From positions 139,359,418-139,423,417 of the forward strand of contig CP092864.1 in the NCBI GenBank assembly GCA_030710605.1: DNA of 64,000 nt, read 5' to 3'. A program made the translations under genes and the position numbers. The first letter of the stretch is position 1; each line of letters opens with the position of its first letter. Below the pieces are notes generated by a model. It saw nothing but the letters and a program-made list of their open reading frames with translations. It did not search any database and was not told the DNA's origin. This DNA is from Cordylochernes scorpioides. Taxonomy: Eukaryota. This document shows positions 44,995-56,246 of this stretch, one piece after another.

Positions 44995-45160
44995 AAAGCC
45001 AACTTTAATCACAGAATTTAAACAAAACTCGGACAAGATTTCCAGACTCAAGTCCAGACAATGACTTTCCAGAATGGTTTCAAGGTTTTCCCACTATGTA
45101 CTAAGTGTCAACCTGCAATCCCAAACCACATCATTGACTGTATTAACTCATCCATTGATG
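44995..45160 (+). mobile_element. LINE-b internal fragment
   Basis: Matches 42700-42790 and 1600-1740 ('…gacaatgactttccagaatggtt.caa.gttttcccactatgtactaagtg…'). Confidence 0.4.
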
Positions 45161-45164
45161 AGCT

Positions 45165-45250
45165 CTACTCATCCCCAGCAGATACCATCAACAAGCTCTA
45201 CAAGCTTGATACCTTGATATGATTCAGTGGAGATAAGAAAGAAGAAGAAA
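45165..45250 (+). mobile_element. SINE-1 3' fragment
   Basis: …caagcttgataccttgatatgattcagtggagataagaaagaagaagaaac. Confidence 0.45.
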
Positions 45251-46139
45251 CAAAACTCGGAAACTGTAAAAAAAAAAGCCTTTCACAAAGGATGTTTGGA
45301 AACCTACAGGAAAATTTAAGAAGTTGAACATAAATGTTGAAGACTTATGAAAGTTTAAAACTGACCAGTTTCTGAGTATTTTTTAAGAATAAAATAAAAT
45401 TTCAATGTTTAATTGAATTTAACAAGTACAACAACAACAAAAAGCTTTATTAAGACAATTTAGTCTTATACAGATTCTCCAAGCACAGAAATGTAGGGTA
45501 CATACAAGAATAACAGTAGTAACAACAACAAAAGTCCCTGTTATGACCTTTTGGTCTTATACAACTTTTCCACGTAGAAGAGAATATGTACAATAGTTAC
45601 AATAATTAGCAATGTTATTTACAATGTGTAAAGGGAGATAGTAGCAGGAAAGGGGTTGTTGGGGAACTAGAATATTAACATGGGTAGATGTTATTATATC
45701 TCTTGAGGAAAGATTACGCGACAATAAAGTTGGGATATCCAGCAGGTTAAGAAAGTCTCCAAGATGGTTGGTGCGAATGTTTAGTTCACCATATAAAATT
45801 ATCTCCAGTCCATTGTGTATCTTGATCATAATATATATATTCTCTAGTTGGAGTTTGTTAGGAGGTAGATACATAAAAGTTATACAAGTCAGCAATGAAT
45901 CTAAGTTTGGTTATTTTTGTTATAAATTCCTACAATGATGCCTTCAGAGCTTCTTCCCTGACCCAAGGTTTTTCTGAATTTAACAAGTATACTTTTTTAT
46001 AAACAAGCAGATAATAAGGAAACAAAAGCCTATCCTGATCGTGCAACTGAATATTGCTGATGTCATAAAGCCATCTGCAACTTTTAGTTGCATAATCAGG
46101 AGATTCCTTTTCCTTAATTTATCCACCTGTGATCCCAGT

Positions 46140-46420
46140 ACAATATCATATTAGTACTATTTATTTTAATGCTTATAAGGCTATTTTACAAATTTTAACA
46201 TAAATAATGGTTCTGAAAATAGAGCAATCCATATTTAAATCTTTAGATCATAAAAAGGCGTATAGTGGATTAAATAAAAGATTTATTTGCTAATATTTCG
46301 GTTGGCTAAACGCCAACCTTTGTCAAGACATTACTACATTTTGTATAAACAAACTAAGCGCTGCATAGTGTTATAATATCACAGTTTAAATAATAGTTTG
46401 ATTTTTTTTAAAGGCAATCC
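46140..46420. repeat. Single-arm copy of the giant-palindrome family, abutting the mariner-2 TIR
   Basis: '…aatagagcaatccatatttaaatctttagat…ttgctaatatttcggttggctaaacgccaacctttgtcaagacattac…cgctgcatagtgttataatatcacag…' versus 36215-36400. Confidence 0.55.
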
Positions 46421-46427
46421 ATTGAAT

Positions 46428-47776
46428 ATACAAGGTGTGTCCAATAAATAATGAGACCGGTCAAAAATAGAAAGCTTCAGCTACACTGCGGTATATCACA
46501 TCACGTTATTGCGCGCGCAGTCGATAAATTGTAAGCTTGTAAAAAGAACGCCTTGCATAACAACTTCTAATTTGTAATGGATAGAAAATTCGAACAACGA
46601 ATTTGTATTAAATTTTGCTACAAAATTGGGAAATCAGCTTCAGAAACTTTAGATTTGTTGAAATTGGCATTTGGAAAGGAAAATGTAAATAAGCCCACCA
46701 CATTTAGATGGTTTTCACGATTTAAAAAAGGAATGGAATCGGTGAAAGATGAGAAGCGTGTTGAACGTCCATTTCTGCACAGGAACCCTGAAAAGGTGAG
46801 CCAAATTTCAAATTTTATAAAAGATAATCCACGAATAGGGTTACGGGACATTGAGGAAGAAACAGGGATATCAAAATCATTAGTTGGATCGATAATTAAA
46901 GAAGACACCTTCAAAATTTATCCCTAAAATGCTCACAATCCAACAAAAGGAGAATCACGTTGAAGTTGCCAAAAAAATGCTTGAAATGGTGGAAGAAAAC
47001 CCTAATTGGAAGGAAAAAGTAATAACTGGAGACGAGACATGGGTTTACGGGTATGACCCGGAAACAAAACGCCAATCCATGGAGTGGAAAGGAAAATATG
47101 AAACAAGAACGAAGAAATCCCGACTTTGCAAGTCAAAAAACAAAGTCTTATTGGTCACGTTCTTTGACATAAAGGGAATTGTGCATTATGAATATCTAAC
47201 AGAGCTCCAACATCGGGTCGCTCGAATCAGCTTCCGCCTTTTTTTAGGCATTACTCGGCCGAGTCCGTTTAAATCAGCCCTGCCAGGCTCCTAGAGGAAG
47301 GTCAAACAATCAATAAGGAGTCTTATTTAAACATTATGAGACGTGTACATGAATCAATTCGTCTGAAAAGAAGTGAAATGTGGAGTTAAAAATTGGATTA
47401 TCCATCATGATAATGCACCACCACACACCGCTACATCTGTACTGACTTATTTGGCTAAACACGGCATCCAAATACAACAACCTCCCTATTCCCCAGACCT
47501 AGCTCCAAATGATTTTTTTCTCTTTCCAAAACTCAAAATGGCTCTAAAAGGAAGGAGATTTGACACTAGAGTCCATCATAGCGGATTCGAAAAAGGTCTT
47601 GAAGAACATCCTGAAAGATGCCTTTTATAAATGTTTTAAATCATGGGAGAAGAGATGGAAATTATGTATAGATGCGGGAGGGGACTATTTTGAAAAATAC
47701 TAATAAAATTTTTTTTATCATTCTATTTTTTCTTTATTTTTGACCAGTCTCATTATTTATTGGACACACCTTGTAT
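46428..47776 (+). mobile_element. Tc1/mariner-superfamily DNA transposon (second family), defective
   Basis: About 40-bp TIRs: tacaaggtgtgtccaataaataatgagaccggtcaaaaata (46429-46469) and its reverse complement (47735-47775). TA is at both junctions. Confidence 0.8.
46577..47630 (+). pseudogene. mariner-like transposase, split over three frames (ORFs 46577-46927, 46929-47294, 47373-47630)
   Basis: Peptides 'ITGDETWV', 'HHDNAPPH', 'PPYSPDLAPNDFFLFPKLK' are typical of the mariner/HTH_48+DDE_3 type. Frameshifts and stops separate the ORFs. Confidence 0.8.
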
Positions 47777-47994
47777 TTATATAAAAAAGACGCACCTTGA
47801 TCTGTATAAGAAAGAAAAATAATTTTTCTCAAAATATTTTGAGAATACCTAAAGAATTTTTGTAAATTACTTTTTGAGTTTATTGTGCAATAAAGAGGGA
47901 GAATTCCCTCAAAATATTTTGAGATAAAATTGCTTTTTTTTTTTCTTTCACAATTCCATGTAGACCTTTTCATATAAAAAATAATAGTGACTCT

Positions 47995-48077
47995 TTGGTA
48001 AGAGGACACCTCCCCCTAAAGGACACTTTGGCTCTTCAATTAGGTATTGTCTTTGATAGTGAGATTCTACTGTACCA
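47995..48077. mobile_element. MITE-2 right half
   Basis: ggtaagaggacacctccccctaaaggacactttggctcttcaattaggtattgtctttgatagtgagattctactgtac. Confidence 0.5.
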
Positions 48078-48184
48078 CACTAGCTTTAAAATACGATTAG
48101 AAACTGAAAATGCAGTCGAACCTTTCTATAGCAACATCGCTTGGGACAATGATTTTATATTGTTATAACCATGTTGTTTTTTCT

Positions 48185-48680
48185 TAAGAAAATTCAGGCT
48201 ATACAAGATTCGACATGTTTCTGTGGATTGGGGGAACAAACTTCAATACATCTTGTGCCCTGTCTTTCAAGATTACAGAGTCAACAACGGTTTAATAGCT
48301 TTAGGCCCTAGTGATTTAATTTCAAGTAAGGACACATATATAAAATTTAATTTCCTTTGTAAATATATTTTGGATTTCATTAAGAAAAATGGTCTTTGAT
48401 GTAACGATCTCAAGGAAATATTGGACATATCTTGTGGTTGTAAAAAATATATAGGTGTATGCGTGTATATATGTGTATATATGTATATTTTTTAAAATTT
48501 AATGATGCAACTGTAAATCAAATTCAAAGAATATCTCTATATGTAAATAATATTTATGATTCTTTCTAAGTCACTTTCTGTGTAACTTTCCATGTTGAAT
48601 ATTTTCTTTGTTATATTTGTATGTACATTTAGCGTAAGTGTCCCTAGGGGGACATAGCGTTTTGAATTGAAATAAATAAA
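48185..48680 (+). mobile_element. LINE-b 3' region
   Basis: '…CFCGLGEQTSIHLVPC…' and the tail 'gtgtccctagggggacatagcgttttgaattgaaataaataaatg'. Confidence 0.45.
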
Positions 48681-48956
48681 TGTTGTTGTTGTAAAATATT
48701 TATAATTGGGTGGAGAATTTAAAACTTGGAACTTGATAATTATGATGCTAGAACCAAAGTTACTGTACTTTATCATAGCCTCATCCATGCAAGTTTCCAA
48801 ACTTTTCAACAAGCACATCTACCCAAATTGCTCTATTCCCCACCATACTTTATATACTGGCACCAACATCAAACAAAAGGAACCATTAGTTAGATTAAAA
48901 AAAAAGTTGAAATTAAGAGTGATACAACTACAAGTTGATAACGGTTCTATTTAAGA

Positions 48957-49100
48957 ACATGCTGTAATATTTTTTCTCATTTATTCTTTTGTCTGATATG
49001 GTAACAACGCTGTTACCGAAAGGTCACACACTATTAATTTATTTGGATTAGGTCTTATTTTCTTGTAGCTATAATCTATAATCCAAATTGTGCTTTATCA
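48957..49100. mobile_element. MITE-1 partial copy
   Basis: …tctgatatggtaacaacgctgttaccgaaaggtcacacactattaatttatttggattaggtcttattttcttgtagctataatctataatccaaattgtgc. Confidence 0.55.
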
Positions 49101-49559
49101 TAAGAGTGATACAAGTTATTTTATTTTATAGAAGATACATATGTCACCTATTCTCTTCAAAGCTATCTTCCCCCAATGATGAAGTAAAGAAAGTGTTGGA
49201 GAAGGATGTATGTTGGAGGATGGCAAAGACATGGTGGGTCCACTGAAGAGGATTCCAATGGCATTCTGCCAAGTTCCACCTCACCTTGTCACTGGCTCCA
49301 CCCAACTTGTCCCATCCTTGTTCCTCACCCTTGCTGATGAGCTAACTCTCACAGCTTTGTTTGATGTGCTGCCAGAGCTTTGCTTTTACAAATGGTTTAA
49401 ACTTTGCTCAAATTCAAAGTAGTTTCACTCTCGAACAAGATCAGGATTAACCCTGGAATTCCTTCTTTAATAAATATTTTTTAAGAAAATGGTGAGGATT
49501 CAATTTGGATAAGAATCACAAAGTAGCATGACCAAATCTAAATAAGTAAATTATAGTTG

Positions 49560-49725
49560 ATGAGGCACAATTTGGATTGTAGATTATAAACACAAGGTAA
49601 TAAGACCAAATCCAAATAAATAAATAGTGTGTGACGTTTCGGTAACAATGCTGTTATCGAAACGTCACACACTATTTATTTATTTGGATTTGGGTTTATT
49701 ACCTTGTGAAGTAAATTATAGGTGA
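49560..49725. mobile_element. MITE-1 copy with a deleted central loop
   Basis: gcacaatttggattgtagattataaacacaaggtaataagaccaaatccaaataaataaatagtgtgtgacgtttcggtaacaatgctgttatcgaaacgtcacacactatttatttatttggatttgggtttattaccttgtg. Confidence 0.65.
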
Positions 49726-49934
49726 TGTTTTGGTAATGACGCTGTTAATGAAATGTCCCTTTTTATTTTCTTTTTGGTCTTGTTGCCTTGTGTGGTTCTT
49801 AAAGGATCTTTTTGTTGGATTAGAGATGGGGAGTGGATTTAAACCTAAAGCAATCTCTCTCTCCTATCCAACCTACTAGAACACTTGTGTAGAGCAGTAG
49901 TCTTATATTTCAACGCCCCAATGAAACAACAATG

Positions 49935-50245
49935 GGTATAATCCGGTATATATATATGTGGTATAATATAATAAGGTGGGAAAAGAAATAATCACACCGC
50001 CAAGAACCCAGACAACCAGAGAGAGAGGGGGAGAGACGGGCCCAACAACAGTTGGGCGTCCGTTCGTGTTGCACACAATCCCCAACTGTCTTAATAGTCC
50101 CGAGGTTCCAAGTAACGGGCCCCAGTGGTCGCCCCTTGGAATGTCGCTAATGTCTAAAGTGACCGGACTTTACCCTCCCGTCTCTCTCTGGGTTGACTGT
50201 GGGTTTGCATTATTATTCCTGGAAGAGTATATATTATGACATATA
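49935..50245. repeat. Second copy of the ~280-bp repeat
   Basis: Matches 6930-7210. Confidence 0.6.
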
Positions 50246-50403
50246 TATATATAAACCAGACTATAATGGCATATTGATTTCTCTCCATGACAACCTGGAT
50301 CAATAGCTCTCCAATAGAGGATTCATTACTATAATAAGAACACCAAACTGAAAACTTGTGTTTGTGAATAATTTTTAAAATAATTAACTTTAAATATACA
50401 CAC

Positions 50404-50586
50404 AGTGTAGAACTCTCATAGGATAACACTCTCACTAGAGAACATCTCTCTACAAGGAGAGTTTTCTTTTTTAAAATGACCGTTTTTACTATTTAACAGC
50501 TTTCTGGTAAAAGGACACACCTCTCCCTAAATGACTCTTTGACTCTGAAACTAGATATCCTTTACAGAGAGCTAGTTCTACTGTAT
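50404..50586. mobile_element. MITE-2 full copy
   Basis: Both TIRs present. Confidence 0.65.
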
Positions 50587-50895
50587 TTGTAAGTTTTGGA
50601 GACAAATTTTGCAAATTCAATAAAAATATCTTTATAAATAGAAAAATGATAGGCACAATTTGGATTATCTCTATATATATAAAAGTCAATGTCTGTCTGT
50701 TTCGTGATAAACTCAAAAACTACTGAACCAATTGGTACCAAATTTTGTATGTCGCTTTTTATAAACCTGAGGAAAATTTTAGGCTACATTTTGATTAGTA
50801 TTTTTGGCTATTTCTTTTTTTCATTTGAAGAACTTTTTTTTACGCAGAGTAATCCGGAATTGAATGAATACCCAAATATGGCCATTTTTTTATAA

Positions 50896-50966
50896 GCATC
50901 CGTGGTTCAGTGGTAGAATGCTCGCCTGCCACGCGGGCAATCCGGGTTCGATTCCCGGCCGATGCA
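50896..50966 (+). tRNA. tRNA-Gly (anticodon GCC), near-canonical, embedded in a Helitron-like repeat
   Basis: gcatccgtggttcagtggtagaatgctcgcctGCCacgcgggcaatccgggttcgattcccggccgatgca. It is close to the canonical eukaryotic tRNA-Gly-GCC. The D-arm and T-arm (GGTTCGATTCC) are intact, with one acceptor-stem mismatch (C6:C67). An oligo-T follows immediately. Confidence 0.65.
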
Positions 50967-50983
50967 TTTTTTTTTTTTTTTTT
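50967..50983 (+). terminator. RNA polymerase III terminator (T17 run) directly after the tRNA-Gly
   Basis: An uninterrupted run of 17 T starts one base after the tRNA 3' end. Confidence 0.6.
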
Positions 50984-51237
50984 ACAATTTTTAAAACTCA
51001 TTTATATTATATATAATATAAATATATATTATTATATCAACTATATTAATTAAATCAAATACCTAAACACTAATATAATATAATTTTTGCCATCACACAC
51101 ACTTTTTTCCTGTAGTTTGTGTTACTTCTGTATTGCTATTCTATGGCACTTCTAATATTTATTATTGATGTACTTTCAGTATGAAGGAAATTGCAATCCG
51201 GGGAATTCTCTGGCGAAGCCGGGTCATACGTCTAGTA

Positions 51238-51333
51238 GATTATAAACACAAGGTAATAAGACCAATTCCAAATAAATAATTTATATTTATTTATTTGGAT
51301 TTTGTCTTATTACCTTGTGTTTATAAATAGAAA
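51238..51333. mobile_element. MITE-1 mini copy (arms fused)
   Basis: agattataaacacaaggtaataagaccaattccaaataaataatttatatttatttatttggattttgtcttattaccttgtgtttataa. It lies immediately after the CTAG end of the Helitron-like element. Confidence 0.55.
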
Positions 51334-51630
51334 AACTTTCTCAGAACTTGCCCACCCATCCTTGTTTCACCATGTTGTGGTCACACCATACTTACTTTTT
51401 ATGTAAGGAAGGAAAAACACGTGGAAACTAAAAAATCCACAGAAAAAATTAATGAGTTTCTATATTTGGAGATAACATCTTTTTTTTTATTAATCTACAA
51501 AACAAATTTATAAGCACCTTAGGAAATCATTTAAGAATTTAAAAGATTTAAGATTGAAGGTGTTTTTATAGCAAAAAAAACTGAGATTTAAAAAGAATTA
51601 TATATAAAAGAACCTGAAATTCTTCCCTTA

Positions 51631-51813
51631 TAGTAGAGCTTAAATGAGAGAACACTCTTGCTAGAGGACACCTCTCTACAAAGGACAGTTTTCATCACCA
51701 AAATTGACATTTTTACTATTTGGCAACTCTCCAATAAGAGGACACCTCTCTCTAAAGGACACTTTGGTTCTGCAATTAGGTGATGTACTTTACAGGAAGG
51801 TTCTACTGTATTT
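51631..51813. mobile_element. MITE-2 full copy
   Basis: Both TIRs present. It is adjacent to the LINE-a fragment and a SINE-1. Confidence 0.65.
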
Positions 51814-51834
51814 ATAATTTTTCTCCAAAATCGA

Positions 51835-51975
51835 CTCACTTGCCCAAAATGTAACTTGGCCCCTGCAGCTCCAGAACACATTTTGGCTTGCATTAGATGC
51901 AATGAATAGGACCTTTGGCAGAGGCCAATGCTTATCATCAAACAGCTTGAGGAGCATGGGCTAATGAAATTCATT
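51835..51975 (+). mobile_element. LINE-a 3' fragment (degenerate)
   Basis: ccaaaatgtaacttggcccctgcagctccagaacacattttggcttgcattagatgcaatgaatag…caaacagcttgaggagcatgggc. Confidence 0.5.
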
Positions 51976-51980
51976 TAAAG

Positions 51981-52322
51981 CCCGGATGAAAAAGGAGGAG
52001 GGGGAGCAGTAACAAGCTCACTAAAAAACCTGGGTTCAGCTGGCCTGGCTGATAGTACCCTGTTAGGGCTCCTAATCCAGGGATACAGGATGAGCAGCGT
52101 TTGTACTCCATGTTAGGAGCGGTTGCACATGGCGTCTGTTCCTCATGTCAGAGGCGGCCATTTCTTTTGGAGCTAAGTCGGCCTGCCACTGAGTAGTGCT
52201 CCCAGTCTTAATGACAAAGGCAGACGCATTCTACTTCACACAGTCATGATGGTTGTCAAACAAGCTTGATGACCTAATATGATTGAGTGGAGATAAGAAA
52301 GAAGAAGAAGAGATTTAATCTT
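51981..52322 (+). mobile_element. SINE-1 full copy (+)
   Basis: It starts immediately after a LINE-a 3' fragment and ends '…gattgagtggagataagaaagaagaagaag'. Confidence 0.7.
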
Positions 52323-52989
52323 TGCACAAAGGGATAAGAAACAACAACAATAATTATTCCCTAAGCTCTTTGAAATAATGTTTTATATCCCCATTTATTT
52401 TGTTTGTGCCACACATCACTGTCAAATGGTTTCTCCATAAACCAGTGATCTATTCTCCAAGAAATCCCTGAAATGATCAAAACATTGCTGAGAAATGACA
52501 AAGGTATTTGTTAACTCACCTTTTTTATAGGTTCTCCATGCTTCTCTGAATAATTTTGCTGTTCCTTCAAGATGTTATACAAAACCATTTTAATTGGGCT
52601 TTACTCTTTGAATTATGTGTTTTTGTCCCCTTTCTACAGATTACTTTTGATTCTATACAGTAAACCATCTGACCTCTTTAACAACTCTACCTCGTTCAGG
52701 AAAAAAAAAAGAACAGCTCTTTTTTGTGCTGTTGAATGTTACCTTTTATTGAGAAAATATAAACTGGTCGTTCAATTTTTTCCAGAAAAATTGACCAATA
52801 CTCTTTCTTTTGAATTATCAGGAGAAAAAAGACAACCCTATACAGCATAATTTTCTAATTCAAACTATTTTGATTGATATTATGAAAAATGCATCTCCTG
52901 ATTGTTCAACTAAAATCAGCAACTTTTAGTTGCAGGATCAGGAGATGCCTTTTTCATAATTTATCAACCTGATCTCAGTACATTTTTAC

Positions 52990-53092
52990 TTTTGTACCAT
53001 CTATAAAAGGAAATAAGACCTAATCCAAATAATTTATTAGTGTGTGACGTTTCGGCAACAAAATTGTCACCATCATCAGACAAAAGAATCTT
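52990..53092. mobile_element. MITE-1 half copy (divergent subfamily)
   Basis: ggaaataagacctaatccaaataatttattagtgtgtgacgtttcggcaacaaaattgtcaccatcatcagacaaaagaat. Confidence 0.5.
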
Positions 53093-53099
53093 CTTCATT

Positions 53100-53410
53100 C
53101 TTCTTCTTCTTCTTTCTTATCTCCATTCAATCATATTAGGGTATCTAGCTTGTAAAGCTTGAGACTTTTGATAGTGTCTGCTGACAATCATTAGACTGGG
53201 TGAAGTAGAATGCGTCTGCCTTTGTCATTAAGACTGAGAGCACTACTCAGTGGCAGGCCGACTTAGCTCTAAAATAAATGGCCGCCTCTGACATGAGGAA
53301 CAGACGCCATGTGCAGCCGCTCCTAACATGGAGTACAAACGCTGCTCATCCTGTATCCCTGGATTGGAGCCCTTACAGGGTACTATCAGCAGGGCCAGCT
53401 GAGCCCAGGC
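53100..53410 (-). mobile_element. SINE-1 copy, head truncated
   Basis: Tail 'ttcttcttcttctttcttatctccattcaatcatattagggtatc…', truncated at '…gccagctgagcccagg'. Confidence 0.6.
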
Positions 53411-54179
53411 AAATGCGGAGTTTGAAAAAAGAATAAATTCATACAATCCAAACTGTGCTTTGTCATTTTGTACCATCTTTTCACTTAATTCAAATGTTTC
53501 TCGTAATTCCAATTAGCCTATTTGCTTTAATTTAACCGGCTTTAATTCACCATGACTTTAATCCAGCCAAAAATTCAGATCCCTTGGGCTGTTGAATTAA
53601 AGAATTTTGACTGCATAGGCTGTTGGCCATCATCATTTAGCAACTCCCTTCGGGTTGCCTTGCCCAATCCGAGGTCGATAGTTGTGGTAAAATCTAGCGC
53701 GCCACTCTCCTGACGCGCGTGGTTCGTTTCGCTCCAAACCCGCCAAAGACGATGATCCCTCCGTTATATCGCTCGCACAGACCACCACGAGATCCGTGAA
53801 ACAGGGGACCCGTCCGAGCTCCCGCGGATTTTCGAACAGCGACAGATGTACCGCCCCAGCCAAGCTCCCCGCCTGAAAGATGCATATTCTCTTCCTATAC
53901 AAATACTTATTGCCTTGATAAACACCCCAAATTCTTGGTTACATTGTCATTGAGGAGGTTTAAAATGATCAGAGAATGGTGTGTGAGAATAGTTATTTCA
54001 GGGCTAGACATATAGGTTAGGGCAGGGATCATCAAACTTTTGGGTTAGAAGAGTCAAAAAGTACAATTTACAAAATTTCAAAGTTTTTTAAAGAGCCACA
54101 TAATTTGTTCTTGCCAACAATAAATAGTTAAAATTTTACACAAATAAATTTACTGGTAATGCGTTTCTTTTAAATATCA

Positions 54180-54320
54180 TCAAATATTATCTCTACTATT
54201 ATCTCCACAGACCTTACTGCAATGATATGAGTTATTGAATGAGAGGGCTTGGTTCATCAGTAGTGAACCCTCTCAGCGGTTTCGCCAAATTAATCTCTAT
54301 TTATCTCTAATATATCTCTA
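54180..54320. mobile_element. P1-family half copy
   Basis: ctccacagaccttactgcaatgatatgagttattgaatgagagggcttggttcatcagtagtgaaccctctcagcggtttcgccaaattaatc. Confidence 0.45.
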
Positions 54321-54560
54321 TCCAGTAAATTTATTTGTGTAAAATTTTAATGATATGTGGCAATAAAATTTAATTTACTAAAACAATAAGTAGTACCCAC
54401 ATAAAAAATATTTACATATGAAACTATATAAACAGTTTCACATCCAAAGAACTACATGTGGCTCGCCAGCCACAGTTTGCCGACCCTGGTCTGGACATAT
54501 AAGTTAGGGAAGATTACTCTAAGGAAAGACCTGTTGTCTGACAATATTGTTGTGGTGCAG

Positions 54561-54637
54561 AGATTGAACAAGAAAAGAAGAAGCTGGAGAAAGAGGAATC
54601 CACCAACTCAGCCGTGTACAGGATATACCAGATGCAG
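54561..54637 (+). CDS. STX1: syntaxin-1-like exon (EIEQEKKKLEKEESTNSAVYRIYQMQ)
   Basis: Acceptor ggtgcag|ag at 54560, donor atgcag|gtagct at 54638. The peptide aligns with '[25 protein letters not shown]'. The 1-base carry-over from the previous exon restores the frame. Confidence 0.7.
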
Positions 54638-54961
54638 GTAGCTACTATACCACCTCTTATCACCACTTCCCTATTGATATATTTATTGTGTTTTCCTTTC
54701 CATGGTTACCATAGCCCTTTCTAGTTATTGTGGATTGGTGGCTAATTACCTTTAAGACACCAAGAAAATAATGTTTTTCTGTTGCAGAACATATTGATGC
54801 TGCTAACAGAGTATTCTAGATGTCTTTAATTAAGTTGCAATGAACATTGGATTCTATGTTGATAATGTTCTGTTCTTTCTTACACAGAAATCTTCTAGTC
54901 TATTTGGTATTGCTCTCTTGTTACCTTCAAATCTTTCTTTTGATTTATTACTTCCTTTATC

Positions 54962-55185
54962 TGATAAAGGCACAATTTGGATTATAGATTATAGCTACAA
55001 GAAAATAAGACCTAATCCAAATAATTTAATAGTGCGTAATGTTTCTGCAACAGCATTGTTACTATAATCAGATAAAAGAATAAAATCATTTTTATTCTTT
55101 TGTCTGATGATGGTAACAACCGAAATGTCACACACTATTAAATTATTTGGATTAGGTCTTATTTTCTTGTAGCTACTTCCTTTAT
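54962..55185. mobile_element. MITE-1 full copy (divergent subfamily)
   Basis: Arms are 'gcacaatttggattatagattatagctacaagaaaataagacctaatccaaataatttaatagtgcgtaatgtttctgcaacagcattgttact' and its reverse complement. Confidence 0.65.
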
Positions 55186-55890
55186 CTCTTTGTTAGGGTC
55201 GCAGCGGACAAATGGTCTAAACCGTTGGTTCCCACAGTTCAACTGGTTCACAACTTCTATCTCTTTGTGCAAAAATATACAAATGTGAAATTGTACTGGG
55301 ATAAGATGCATAAATTAAGAAAAAGGCATCTTCTTATAATGCAACTGAAAGTTCTGTCGGAATTTATCCACCATATCCCAGTACAATTTCACATTTTTTG
55401 CGTTCTCACGTTCTTCTGGCCTTAACTACCTGTTTCATGATTTTTCAGGATGCCTTAATGACCAGTTTTTGGTCATTGAGGTACAGCTTGCACCACACTG
55501 ACGAGGGCCAACAGCCTGAAACCCATATATGGTTAGCTTTTCTTGGTTAATCAAGAATGAGTATTTGGCCAATTGTGTAATAATTAAAAATCAACGAATA
55601 GTTGATATTTATTCTGGCAGATGGCACAAGCCATCAGCAATTTTAAGTTGCACGATAAAGAGATGCCTTTTTTTCTTATTTTTATCTCTCTGTTTACTTT
55701 CTCCTTGTCTTTTTTCAACACTTTCCTTGAATCAACTAATTTATTAGCTTTTCTCTGAATTATTCTCTACACTTTTTCTCTTACAAAGGTGATGAGGGCT
55801 CTGCTAACATCTCGTGGTGTGAAATTCTCTATTATTCCCATGGATGGTTGTTTGTACACAGCTGAAACAGAGTGTTGTACCTGTGTGCAG

Positions 55891-55999
55891 CACATGGCCA
55901 TCCTATACTGGTTCACCCAGGCCATGGTAACTTACAACAAGGTCCAGACTGATTTCCGAGATGCCTGTAAAAGCAGGATCAAACATCATTTGAAAATTA
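55891..55999 (+). CDS. STX1: syntaxin-1-like exon (HMAILYWFTQAMVTYNKVQTDFRDACKSRIKHHLKI)
   Basis: Acceptor tgtgtgcag|cac at 55890, donor att a|gtaagg at 56000. 'F..AMVTYNKVQTDFRDACKSRIKHHLKI' aligns with '[29 protein letters not shown]'. Confidence 0.8.
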
Positions 56000-56058
56000 G
56001 TAAGGCATTATTTTTATGTTTGTTTATTTTTGTTTCTTTTCTTTATTTATTTATTATA

Positions 56059-56246
56059 TACAGTAGAACCTCCATGAGAGGATACCCGCGCTAGAAAACA
56101 CCTCTCTACAAAGGACAGTTTTCATTTGCAAATTGATCATTTTTACTATTAACAACTCTCCGGTAGGAGGACAACTCTTCATAAAGGAAATTTCGGCTCT
56201 GCAATTAGGTGTCCTTTACATGGAGGTTCTACTGTATTTTTGTTTA
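56059..56246. mobile_element. MITE-2 full copy, 60 bp downstream of syntaxin exon 5
   Basis: atacagtagaacctccatgagaggatacccgcgctagaaaacacctctctacaaaggacag… through …catggaggttctactgtat. Confidence 0.7.

Larger units (their letters stand above)
50690..51236 (+). mobile_element. Helitron-like element, tRNA-Gly-carrying variant, + orientation
   Basis: The 5' end 'tatatatataaaagtcaatgtctgtctgt' resembles the revcomp family-A/B end 'atatataaaaatgaatgtatgtgtgtctgt'. The 3' end is ccggggaattctctggcgaagccgggtcatacgtCTAG|T (51233-51236). It carries the tRNA-Gly at 50896-50966. Confidence 0.5.

Noticed and set aside
50896-50966. Treating the tRNA-Gly(GCC) as an ordinary stand-alone host tRNA gene
   Set aside because: Identical flanks, and two further degenerate copies in the same repeat, show it belongs to a mobile repeat unit. 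I annotated it as a tRNA but flagged the context.
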